The notes beneath the pieces were generated by a model that was given only the letters and a program-made list of their open reading frames with translations, did no database searches and was not told where the DNA came from. A stretch of DNA of 59,453 nucleotides, the filler included. It is 5 parts of 5 records of this genome, joined end to end, with 100 filler letters (N's around TTAATTAATTAA, not from the genome) between each part and the next. Parts side by side here need not be neighbours in the genome. Positions count along the whole stretch, not along the records: positions 1 to 13,317 come from SRR31156797_5738; 4 more parts are not named here. One strand, 5' to 3'. Positions 1 to 7,844 of the stretch are shown here, one piece after another (the first letter of the stretch is position 1; each line of letters begins with the position of its first letter). The position numbers and the translations under genes were made by a program.

Positions 1-1
1 C

Positions 2-1135
2 ACCGAAAAGATCATCATGTACATCAACGCCTGCCGCGATATGGATGTTACCGTACGCCAGCCAGACATCAACCTAGGCGTGGCCCGTTTCTCGGTGTAC
101 GAAGGCGACATCATTTATGGTATGGCCGGGATCAAGAACGTTGGTGAGGAAGCGATTGATGAAATTGTCGCCGAACGTCAAGCTAACGGTCACTTCAAGG
201 ATTTCGTGGATTTTGTAACCCGCGTTAACCTACGCCGGGTTACAAAGCGCGTCATCGAATACCTGATCCGTGCCGGGGCCTTTGATTCCATGGGTTTGAC
301 CCGTTCCGGGCTGATCGCTTCGCTGGATAAAGCTGTTTCCTACGGTCAGAAAAAGACCAAGGAAAAAGAATCCGGCATGATCAACATGTTAGACATGCTC
401 GGCAGCGGAAGCGAAGCAGAAGAACCTACCGTAGTCAGCTTTGAAGAATTCAACATGCCGGAGATGGATGACAAAGAGATGCAGCGTCTTGAAAAAGAAG
501 CCCTCGGCTTTTATCTGACCTGTCATCCCCTGCTTTCCTACCGCAATGAGATGAACCGCCTCGGTTTGCAGAGCATTGAGAACTGCCCGAAAATGGCCCA
601 CGAAGCTCAAGTTAAATTAGGGGCCATCATTACCGGATACAAAGAGATCATCACCAAGAAGTCAGGCAAAAAAATGGCTTTTGCCACCATTGAGGACATG
701 ACCGGTTCAGGGGAGTTGATCATTTTCCCAAAAACTTATGAAGAGGTACACCAATACCTCGATCAGGACATTCCTCTGCTTATCAAAGGCAAGGTGGACA
801 ACCCGCCGCCGGAAGAAGGTCAGGAAGAAGCACCGGCAGAATCCAAGGTCATGTGTGACGAGATTTCACCACTGGAGAATGCGCAGGCCGGCTGTCAGGA
901 AGCGGTTCCGCTTTCCGTGCACCATTCCCTGTGCTCTGAAGAAGGTATCACCGAACTGAAAGCAATCCTTGCCGGATATCCCGGTTCAGCACCGATAACC
1001 TTACAAATGTTCCTTGCCGATTCCATCTGTACCCTGCGCCTCGGTCATAGTTACAACATCAAGCCCAATGGGGATTTCTGGAAGGAATTCAACCAATGGC
1101 GTAAGAACGGCAACGGCAACGGCAAATTGCAGTAA
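2..1135 (+). CDS. dnaE: DNA polymerase III alpha subunit, C-terminal part (5' truncated at window edge)
   Basis: PDIN motif, HhH region (IKNVGE...IVAERQANGHFKDFVDF), LIRAGAFD, EKEALGFYLTCHPL and OB-fold (MAFATIEDMTG). The frame is open from nt 2. Confidence 0.95.
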   Translation, partial: TEKIIMYINACRDMDVTVRQPDINLGVARFSVYEGDIIYGMAGIKNVGEEAIDEIVAERQANGHFKDFVDFVTRVNLRRVTKRVIEYLIRAGAFDSMGLTRSGLIASLDKAVSYGQKKTKEKESGMINMLDMLGSGSEAEEPTVVSFEEFNMPEMDDKEMQRLEKEALGFYLTCHPLLSYRNEMNRLGLQSIENCPKMAHEAQVKLGAIITGYKEIITKKSGKKMAFATIEDMTGSGELIIFPKTYEEVHQYLDQDIPLLIKGKVDNPPPEEGQEEAPAESKVMCDEISPLENAQAGCQEAVPLSVHHSLCSEEGITELKAILAGYPGSAPITLQMFLADSICTLRLGHSYNIKPNGDFWKEFNQWRKNGNGNGKLQ

Positions 1136-1141
1136 AGGCAT

Positions 1142-1160
1142 GCCTCCGGCGGCTTAAACC
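1142..1160. repeat. Truncated copy of an intergenic REP-like element (GCCTCCGGCGGCTTAAACC)
   Basis: Exact 19-bp match to 13277-13295, placed just after the dnaE stop. Confidence 0.7.
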
Positions 1161-1209
1161 ATTTTAGTAATGTTAATTTATACGTAAACGATCAATTGGA
1201 GAAATATAT

Positions 1210-1596
1210 ATGTCTAAGGGAAAATGGAAACTCAAAGTTAAGAAAGACTTCAGCTCCGCACACCAGCTCCGTAACTACGGCGGAAAATGTGAAAACATGC
1301 ACGGCCACAACTTCGGTGTTGAAGTTGAAATTGAAGGAGACCGCTTGGATTCAAAGGTGGAGATTCTCATGGACTTCAAAGCCTTGAAAAAGGAACTTTC
1401 CGAAGTGCTGGACACTCTTGACCACAAACACCTGAACAGCTTGGAATATTTTGAGCATCGCAATCCTTCTTCTGAAAACATTGCCCGTTATATTTATGAG
1501 GAAATGAAAAAAAGGGTTGAGGGCGAGTACGTGCGCATGGTCTTTGCTTCAGTTTCAGAAAAAGAATCTTCCGTGGCAACATACTTCGAGGAATAG
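1210..1596 (+). CDS. queD: 6-carboxy-5,6,7,8-tetrahydropterin synthase
   Basis: FSSAHQL...[11 protein letters not shown]...LDHKHLN...NPSSENIA motifs. Confidence 0.93.
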   Translation: MSKGKWKLKVKKDFSSAHQLRNYGGKCENMHGHNFGVEVEIEGDRLDSKVEILMDFKALKKELSEVLDTLDHKHLNSLEYFEHRNPSSENIARYIYEEMKKRVEGEYVRMVFASVSEKESSVATYFEE

Positions 1597-1597
1597 A

Positions 1598-2065
1598 ATG
1601 AAACTGGTCATTCAGAGAACAAGCGGCGGAAAGGTAGATGTTGACGGTTCTACCGTAGGCGAGATCGGCCCCGGAATTATGGTACTGGCCGGATTCGGCA
1701 AAGATGACACAGAGCTGCTTCCTGAATCCAAAGTCTGGAAGACACTGATCGAAAAAATGCTCGGACTGCGCATCTTTGAAGATGAAGAGGGACGTATGAA
1801 CCGCTCCCTTGAAGATATTAACGGCGATGTGCTGCTGGTTTCCCAGTTTACCCTTTACGCATCGTGCAAAAAGGGCCGCAGACCTTCATTTACCGGGGCT
1901 GCCGCACCACAGTTGGCAAACGATCTATTTGACAAACTGGTTGCAGATGTTGCGGAAAAAGCTCCAGCGAAAGTAGCGACAGGTCAGTTCGGGGCTATGA
2001 TGAACGTTGATTTTATCAACTGGGGTCCTGTAACCATCATACTGGATTCTGGGGATTTTATCTAA
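1598..2065 (+). CDS. dtd: D-aminoacyl-tRNA deacylase
   Basis: Starts MKLVIQR (ATG 1598, 1 nt after the queD stop). Has SQFTL, KGRRPSF and NWGPVT (Gly-cisPro) motifs. Confidence 0.95.
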   Translation: MKLVIQRTSGGKVDVDGSTVGEIGPGIMVLAGFGKDDTELLPESKVWKTLIEKMLGLRIFEDEEGRMNRSLEDINGDVLLVSQFTLYASCKKGRRPSFTGAAAPQLANDLFDKLVADVAEKAPAKVATGQFGAMMNVDFINWGPVTIILDSGDFI

Positions 2066-2204
2066 TTTTTTAGGTTTTACCTTGACTTCCTTTGCGAAAA
2101 AGGGAGGATTAGGTATATTAAAATTTATCCATTGTGGCAGCCAGAAGTTGTAACGTCTGACGGAACAAGTTTTTTTTACGTCAGGAAGTAAACATGGAGC
2201 ATTC

Positions 2205-2633
2205 ATGCATCGCTTTGTGCTGGAAGCAATTCCGACCCCTGAAGAAAGCAGGGAAGTAGCCCGCAAGGCAATTCTCATTCTTAAGGATTTTGTTGCGGAT
2301 GAGAACCTCCTCCACGACATGGATCTTGTCCTTACAGAAGGTTGCTCCAATGTAGCTCGGCACGCCTATGAAAAAATCGAAAAGTGTAACAGGCTTGAAC
2401 TAACTATCAAGATACATCCCGGCGAGCATATCATCTTTGAAATTGCAGACTGGGGCAAAGGACTTTGTTCAAAATCAATCGATTTTTCTATGCCCTCCCC
2501 GGAAGCAGTGGGCGGAAGAGGCATGTTCATTATGTCAGAACTGATGGATTCCTTTGAGTTAATCAAAGAAAATGGGAAAAATATAATAAAACTGACCCGC
2601 AAATTAAAGGAAGATCAATGGCGGAAGAAGTAA
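2205..2633 (+). CDS. RsbW/SpoIIAB-like anti-sigma factor / Ser kinase (HATPase_c)
   Basis: TEGCSNVARHAY (N box), IADWGKG (G1) and GGRGMFIMSELMD (G2). Adjacent to a STAS gene. Confidence 0.85.
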   Translation: MHRFVLEAIPTPEESREVARKAILILKDFVADENLLHDMDLVLTEGCSNVARHAYEKIEKCNRLELTIKIHPGEHIIFEIADWGKGLCSKSIDFSMPSPEAVGGRGMFIMSELMDSFELIKENGKNIIKLTRKLKEDQWRKK

Positions 2634-2947
2634 TAAAAATCCAAGATGGTATTCTGACCTTGAAATGTGGAAGAGAGGTCACCATTGAAACCATCTACGA
2701 ATTCAAAGAACAGGTTGAGAAGGACAGTGAGACTTCTGAAGTTGAAGCTGTTGTTGCCGACCTTTCAGAAGCTCGTTTTCTTGACAGTTCAGGAATAGGC
2801 TTCCTTGTTTCTCTGAATTCAAGGCTTAAAAGCAACAACAAAAACATGTATCTTCTGCGCCCCAGTGAACAGATCTGTAAGACCCTTGAACTGGTAAGAC
2901 TTATCTCATTTTTCACTATCATTGAAGACGAAATGGAAATCCCCTAA
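2618..2947 (+). CDS. STAS-domain anti-anti-sigma factor (RsbV/SpoIIAA-like)
   Basis: DLSEARFLDSSGIG with the conserved phospho-acceptor Ser; 109 aa. Confidence 0.88.
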   Translation: MAEEVIKIQDGILTLKCGREVTIETIYEFKEQVEKDSETSEVEAVVADLSEARFLDSSGIGFLVSLNSRLKSNNKNMYLLRPSEQICKTLELVRLISFFTIIEDEMEIP

Positions 2948-2976
2948 CCGTCCCGCGCATTTACCGGAGCATCCGC

Positions 2977-4089
2977 ATGCCCTGCCTTAAGCACTATTTT
3001 GATCCTGACTTCGATTATACTGACCTGAAACCGATAGAAAAAAACGACGGGAGCGTAGATTATTACAACATGGGCTACGTTCAGAGCGTAATTGTCGGTC
3101 AGGTTCTTGCCCAATGGGAAGAGCCTGGAGAAAACGGCAACTGCCCTCTAGGACAACGTCATTACCCAGAAAAAAAATTCCCGCGCGGCCCCAACACTAA
3201 AATCAATCCCGAAAACACTGATCAGCTGATTGCAACCCGTAACGGCTATGTCTTCTACAATGAAGAAGGTTTGATCACCGTTAAGGAGTTGCTCAATGTG
3301 CGTGGAGACGTAAACCTTTCCACCGGAAACATATTTTTTGTCGGCGACATGGTTGTACATGGCTCAATCAAATCCGGGTTGGACGTGAAAGCCAACAACA
3401 TCAATGTCAAAGGGGTTATTGAACAGGCTAATGTGCATGCTGCCGGATTCCTCAAGTGCGATGGGGGCATAAAAGGCAACACCAAGGGATTAGTTGAATC
3501 CAAAGAGACACTGCGTACAAGCTTTTGTGAGAATGCAACACTTGTAAGTAGCGGTAACATTATCATTGATAAAAACTGCATGCACACTACAGTATACTGC
3601 GAAGGTAAATTCGCGGTAAAGGGACGTTTTGCTGGCGGCAGATGTTATAGTGACCAGGTTGTATTCATCGGAGAACAATTAGGAGGTGGACTAAGTGCTG
3701 CTTCACAGGTCATTGTTGGCTACAACCCGCTGCTGCTCCTTCAGATCGACAAAATTTCTACTCAAATTTCTGTTTTAGAAACCGAAGTAAAAGACTTGCA
3801 GAAAATTATGAGTAATGGTGCTTCAACCACTGCTGAATTCACAGGCAAAATTGAAAAATGCGAAATGAAAATTCGTTTTTTGAAAAACAAGAAAAAACAG
3901 CTTTGGAGTAAAATACAGCAAACTGAAAAGCTGGAAAGTTGTAGAATTATGGTTCAGGGCATTGTAAAATCGGGAGTTGAAATAAGCATCGGTCCCGCAT
4001 ATATGCAGGTAAACGAACCTCTGGAAAATGTTTTTTTCTACTATGAAAACAACGAAATCAAAGTGGGCTCTCCCGCATTAAAGAAATAG
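2977..4089 (+). CDS. FapA/DUF342 family flagellar assembly-associated protein
   Basis: V.GDVNLSTGNIFFVGDMVVHGSIKSG beta-solenoid repeats and C-terminal coiled coil. Lies upstream of motAB. Confidence 0.8.
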   Translation: MPCLKHYFDPDFDYTDLKPIEKNDGSVDYYNMGYVQSVIVGQVLAQWEEPGENGNCPLGQRHYPEKKFPRGPNTKINPENTDQLIATRNGYVFYNEEGLITVKELLNVRGDVNLSTGNIFFVGDMVVHGSIKSGLDVKANNINVKGVIEQANVHAAGFLKCDGGIKGNTKGLVESKETLRTSFCENATLVSSGNIIIDKNCMHTTVYCEGKFAVKGRFAGGRCYSDQVVFIGEQLGGGLSAASQVIVGYNPLLLLQIDKISTQISVLETEVKDLQKIMSNGASTTAEFTGKIEKCEMKIRFLKNKKKQLWSKIQQTEKLESCRIMVQGIVKSGVEISIGPAYMQVNEPLENVFFYYENNEIKVGSPALKK

Positions 4090-4096
4090 AGCAAAT

Positions 4097-4852
4097 ATGG
4101 ATATTGCAACTTTAATAGGAATTGTCGGCGGTTTCGGTCTTATCGGGGCAACCATTGTCATGGGTGGTAATGCAGCCGGTTTTGTTGACCCTCCATCAAT
4201 GGTTGTTGTTATTGGGGGAACATTTGCCTCCTGCTTCATCATGTTTCCCATGAGTGTTGTGCTTAAAGCTTTCAAAATAGCTTTAAAAGGTTTCTTTGCT
4301 AAATCCGAAGATCCCAAAATCATGATCGACCAGATCGTAGCCCTTGCAGAAACAGCACGTAAAGAAAGCCTTGTTGCACTTGAAAAAGTTTCCATAGACG
4401 ATGAATACCTCAAAAAAGGAGTCATCCTTGTTGCCGACGGCACGGATGGAGACTTAGTCCGGTCCATCATGGAGTTTGAAATTGACGCCATGAAAAAACG
4501 GCATTTTCAAGGACAGGCAGTCATGAAAGGAATGGGGGCCATGGCCCCGGCATTTGGAATGATCGGTACGCTGATCGGTCTGGTGCAGATGCTTTCAAAC
4601 CTCAGTGATCCTGACGCTATCGGCCCAGCAATGGCGGTTGCTTTGTTGACAACCCTTTACGGTTCCGTTCTGGCCAACGTTATTTTCCTGCCCTTGGCAA
4701 AAAAGCTTGAAGAGCGCTCCATTGAGGAAGCCTCATACATGGAAATTATGGTTGAAGGAGTTGTCGCCATCCAGAAAGGTGAACATCCCTCAATTGTAAA
4801 AGAGAAACTGCAGGCATTCCTTTCTCCGGGCCTGCGTGATGCTACGGCATAA
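4097..4852 (+). CDS. motA: Flagellar stator protein MotA/PomA
   Basis: MDIATLIG N-terminus, APAFGMIGTLIGLVQML and AVALLTTLYG motifs. Confidence 0.92.
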   Translation: MDIATLIGIVGGFGLIGATIVMGGNAAGFVDPPSMVVVIGGTFASCFIMFPMSVVLKAFKIALKGFFAKSEDPKIMIDQIVALAETARKESLVALEKVSIDDEYLKKGVILVADGTDGDLVRSIMEFEIDAMKKRHFQGQAVMKGMGAMAPAFGMIGTLIGLVQMLSNLSDPDAIGPAMAVALLTTLYGSVLANVIFLPLAKKLEERSIEEASYMEIMVEGVVAIQKGEHPSIVKEKLQAFLSPGLRDATA

Positions 4853-4867
4853 ATCAAAGAGCGCAGC

Positions 4868-5614
4868 ATGGCCAAAGTAGTTGTCATCAAACCGAAGAAT
4901 AATGATCCGCCACCGGAAGAAGGTCTTCCGCCATGGATGGCTACATTCGCGGATATGGTAACCCTTCTGCTATGCTTTTTTGTTCTGCTGCTATCTTTTG
5001 CGAACAACGACCTAGATAAATTCAAAGAGTTGCTTGGCTCGCTCAAGAATGCCTTCGGAGTAAAAATTGAGCGTAAAGAAGATGACTTTCTATCTTTGAC
5101 TCCGTCCGACCTGAAGCGGAAAGAAGTCAAGATGGACAGCAATGATAAACGGTTGCTTGGTTTGGTCCTGCGCGTCAAGGCCCTATTGGAAGAGGACGAT
5201 GCGACCCGTAAGTCCTCCGGGGTCAAAGCAGATCAGGATGGTGTCTTAGTTAATACAGACTCTGCCACTCTCTTCAAACCCGGATCAGCAACGCTAAGAC
5301 CTGATGCTCATAAGGTTCTGGACAAAGTCATCAGTATCCTCAAAGACCATAACTATAACCTTGTGGTCCGCGGACATACGGACAATTCAGAAATACGTTC
5401 CCAAAAATTTCCCACCAACTGGGAACTTTCCTCGGCAAGAGCAGCAAGTGCCCTGCGCTACATTGTTGAGAAAGGGGGCATAGCTCCTAAGCGGCTCAAA
5501 GCCGTGGGTTATGCCGACACGCAGCCGCTGGTAAAAAACGACTCCTCTGCAAATAAACGTAAAAACAGAAGGCTTGAATTTTTCTATCATAAACCGGCCC
5601 GGGATTCTTGGTAG
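4868..5614 (+). CDS. motB: Flagellar stator protein MotB/PomB
   Basis: WMATFADMVTLLLCFFVLL TM segment with conserved Asp, plus OmpA-like domain (GHTDN, NWELSSARA, NRRLE). Confidence 0.93.
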   Translation: MAKVVVIKPKNNDPPPEEGLPPWMATFADMVTLLLCFFVLLLSFANNDLDKFKELLGSLKNAFGVKIERKEDDFLSLTPSDLKRKEVKMDSNDKRLLGLVLRVKALLEEDDATRKSSGVKADQDGVLVNTDSATLFKPGSATLRPDAHKVLDKVISILKDHNYNLVVRGHTDNSEIRSQKFPTNWELSSARAASALRYIVEKGGIAPKRLKAVGYADTQPLVKNDSSANKRKNRRLEFFYHKPARDSW

Positions 5615-5623
5615 GTAACCTTG

Positions 5624-7294
5624 ATGAGCACAACTTACACCGCTGAAGCTGTCAGCGAAAAAGACACTCTTGTGGACATCCGCATTAGCGTGGATGGCAG
5701 AAAAAAACACATGTGGGGCAAATACGGACTGCGCCGGGAAACAGATCTAGCCGCACAGCTGGATGAGGACAGAATCCCCCTGCTGGTTGGTTCTGGTATC
5801 GGTGTAGCAGCTCAGGAGCTTCTTAAACAAAAAGACCGCCACCTTCTCATCCTTGACTGCGAAACTGAAATACTCACCGCCAGCGGCTTAAAAGAAGAAC
5901 TTCGCAAGGACCCCAGAGTAATCTGGATCAATACCAGCTCCCCCCAAAATGCTGCAGCACACATAATGGAACTGGAATCAACTTCCGGTAAAAAAGTCCA
6001 GCTGCTCAAAAATCCCTTCTACCTGCGCCTCTCCCCCTTCTATACCCAGACAGAGAAACTGCTTATCGAACAGGAAGGAAAGCCTGTTGAGTTTCCGGTC
6101 TGGCCTAAGTTTCAAAATGACGAGCCAAGAATCCTGCTTCTAACCAGCCAATATTTCCTTATGGGAGAAATCGTGGCCGCCTGCCAGCGTCAGGGTGTGC
6201 CGCACATGTTCATCAACATGGACGCTAAAGAGATGGAACTCGAACAATTCGTGGCCCGGATTTCATCCGCCATCAATACCTTCCGCCCTGACTTTGTGCT
6301 TACGGTCAACCACCTTGGTGTTGATCAGGAAGGAGTCCTCAACACCCTGCTCCATAAATTTCAATTGCCGCTGGCCTCATGGTTTGTGGACAATCCCTTA
6401 CTGATTCTGCCCCTTTATCAAACGCAGGACAACGAGAACACCACCATCTTCACTTGGGATGCAGACCGCATGGACTCCTTGCGGCAAATGGGTTTCAAAA
6501 CAATTTTCCACCTGCCACTGGGGACGGACCAAACCCGCTTCCTGCCCTCCAAAGGCTGCACGGAAAATAAATGGGCAAGAGATATTTCCTTTGTAGGAAA
6601 TTCCATGGTCCACAAGACAGCCAAAAGAATGGAAGTAGCCAGAATTTCCGGGCCGCTGGCTGAAAAATATCAAGAGGTGGCCCATGCTTTCGGACAGGGC
6701 AATGAACATTCTGTCGTAAATTTCCTTAAAACCGACTACCCGGAACTTATCCCGGAATACGACAACCTAGCAATACCCCACCGCAAACTGGCTTTCGAAA
6801 CTCTGATCATCTGGCAGGCAACCCTTGAATACCGCCTCTCCTGCGTGAAGCAGACTCTGGGATTTAATCCCATGATAGTAGGCGATGACGGCTGGAAACA
6901 ATTGCTGGCAGACAAAGCCACATGGGAATACCACAGCGAACTTTCCTATTATGACGACCTGCCCCGCTTTTATCCATGCTCAAAAATCAACTTCAACTGC
7001 ACCAGCCAACAGATGAAAGGTGCGGTAAACCAACGGGTATTCGATGTCCCGGCCTGTAACGGATTCATCCTCACCGACCACCGCTACCAGATGGAAACAC
7101 TATTTGAGCCGGGCAAGGAAATTGCCGTCTACAATTCACAGAAAGAAATCCCTCAACTGATCGATAGATACCTGAGCGACGAAACCACCCGCAAAGCAAT
7201 AATTAAAGCTGCCCGCAAAAGGATTCTGGCTGAACACACCTACGACTGCCGCATCAAAACCCTGATTGATTGTATGCGCCAAGCGCATTCTTAA
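5624..7294 (+). CDS. CgeB/YkvP-like glycosyltransferase (DUF3880 + GT-B C-terminal domain)
   Basis: SWFVDNP, HLPLGTD, DISFVG, SKINFN...NQRVFDVPACNGF and RILAEHTY..R motifs. Start is either ATG 5624 or TTG 5621. Confidence 0.8.
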   Translation: MSTTYTAEAVSEKDTLVDIRISVDGRKKHMWGKYGLRRETDLAAQLDEDRIPLLVGSGIGVAAQELLKQKDRHLLILDCETEILTASGLKEELRKDPRVIWINTSSPQNAAAHIMELESTSGKKVQLLKNPFYLRLSPFYTQTEKLLIEQEGKPVEFPVWPKFQNDEPRILLLTSQYFLMGEIVAACQRQGVPHMFINMDAKEMELEQFVARISSAINTFRPDFVLTVNHLGVDQEGVLNTLLHKFQLPLASWFVDNPLLILPLYQTQDNENTTIFTWDADRMDSLRQMGFKTIFHLPLGTDQTRFLPSKGCTENKWARDISFVGNSMVHKTAKRMEVARISGPLAEKYQEVAHAFGQGNEHSVVNFLKTDYPELIPEYDNLAIPHRKLAFETLIIWQATLEYRLSCVKQTLGFNPMIVGDDGWKQLLADKATWEYHSELSYYDDLPRFYPCSKINFNCTSQQMKGAVNQRVFDVPACNGFILTDHRYQMETLFEPGKEIAVYNSQKEIPQLIDRYLSDETTRKAIIKAARKRILAEHTYDCRIKTLIDCMRQAHS

Positions 7295-7303
7295 TTTTGC
7301 AAC

Positions 7304-7341
7304 AAGAAATCCCCGATTCGCTTGAACCGGGGATTTTTTTA
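7304..7341. terminator. Intrinsic terminator between convergent genes
   Basis: AAATCCCCGATTC-GCTT-GAACCGGGGATTT stem followed by a T-run. Confidence 0.75.
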
Positions 7342-7345
7342 TTAC

Positions 7346-7361
7346 TCTTCCGACCGGAAGA
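7346..7361 (-). other. Candidate bacterial SECIS element for the FmdB gene UGA (7373-7375)
   Basis: mRNA reads UGA-GGUUGAUAAUU-UCUUCC-GGUC-GGAAGA. The perfect 6-bp stem starts 11 nt after the UGA and has a GGUC loop. No U-tract follows, and it is separate from the terminator. Confidence 0.65.
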
Positions 7362-7366
7362 AATTA

Positions 7367-7582
7367 TCAACCTCATGAAAAGCCGGAGCTGCCGCAACCT
7401 CCAGCCGGCGGAGCGGACGGAACAGGGTCGGGAAATGATGCTCCGGAACTAAATGAGGAAAGAAGCTTTCCGGTATCCGGGCTTTTGCATTCCGGGCACT
7501 TAGGATTCTCAGCACTGGAAGAAAGGACCAGTTCCTCGAATTCATGCCCGCAGACATTGCATTTATATTCATAGATAGGCAT
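7367..7582 (-). CDS. FmdB-family zinc-ribbon protein, probably with C-terminal selenocysteine (...GGCGSSGFS-U-G)
   Basis: MPIYEYKCNVCGHEFE...CPECKS is the FmdB signature. The apparent stop TGA (7373-7375) is followed by GGT TGA TAA and a SECIS-like hairpin. The family call is secure; Sec readthrough is inferred (without it the CDS is 7373-7582). Confidence 0.85.
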
Positions 7583-7585
7583 CTG

Positions 7586-7738
7586 CTATTTGCCTCCGCA
7601 ACCACCGTTTTTATTGTTGGAACCCCCACGGGGCCCCTTGCCAATCTGTCACGGGGCAATTCCCATTTTGGGGATCACCACTTTCACGATGATGAAAACG
7701 ACTGCGAACACCGCAATCAAGCCAAGTAAATCTGACAT
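7586..7738 (-). CDS. Small single-TM protein with in-frame UGA, candidate selenoprotein (MSDLLGLIAVFAVVFIIVKVVIPKMGIAP-U-QIGKGPRGGSNNKNGGCGGK)
   Basis: Translated by hand; absent from the ORF track. GAGG lies 5 nt before ATG 7738. A hydrophobic helix is followed by TGA at codon 30 (7649-7651). The readthrough ends at TAG, 3 nt before the FmdB start. Confidence 0.65.
7619..7637 (-). other. Candidate bacterial SECIS element for the UGA at 7649-7651
   Basis: mRNA reads UGA-CAGAUUGGCAA-GGGGCCCC-GUG-GGGGUUCC. The 8-bp stem (2 GU pairs) starts 11 nt after the UGA and the loop begins with GU. Confidence 0.6.
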
Positions 7739-7844
7739 CTGAACCTCACAGGTTGGTTATCTACACTTCCTTACCAGTTAAATCTTATATTACCTGTGTC
7801 AATAACAGACCACAAGAATAATCATATCAATCAATGGCTCAAGA

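Noticed and set aside
7342-7659. 105-aa minus-strand ORF and 61-aa plus-strand ORF (7544-7729) over the FmdB region
   Set aside because: Alternative frames with no RBS or family signal. The region is better explained by FmdB plus the 7586-7738 micro-gene.
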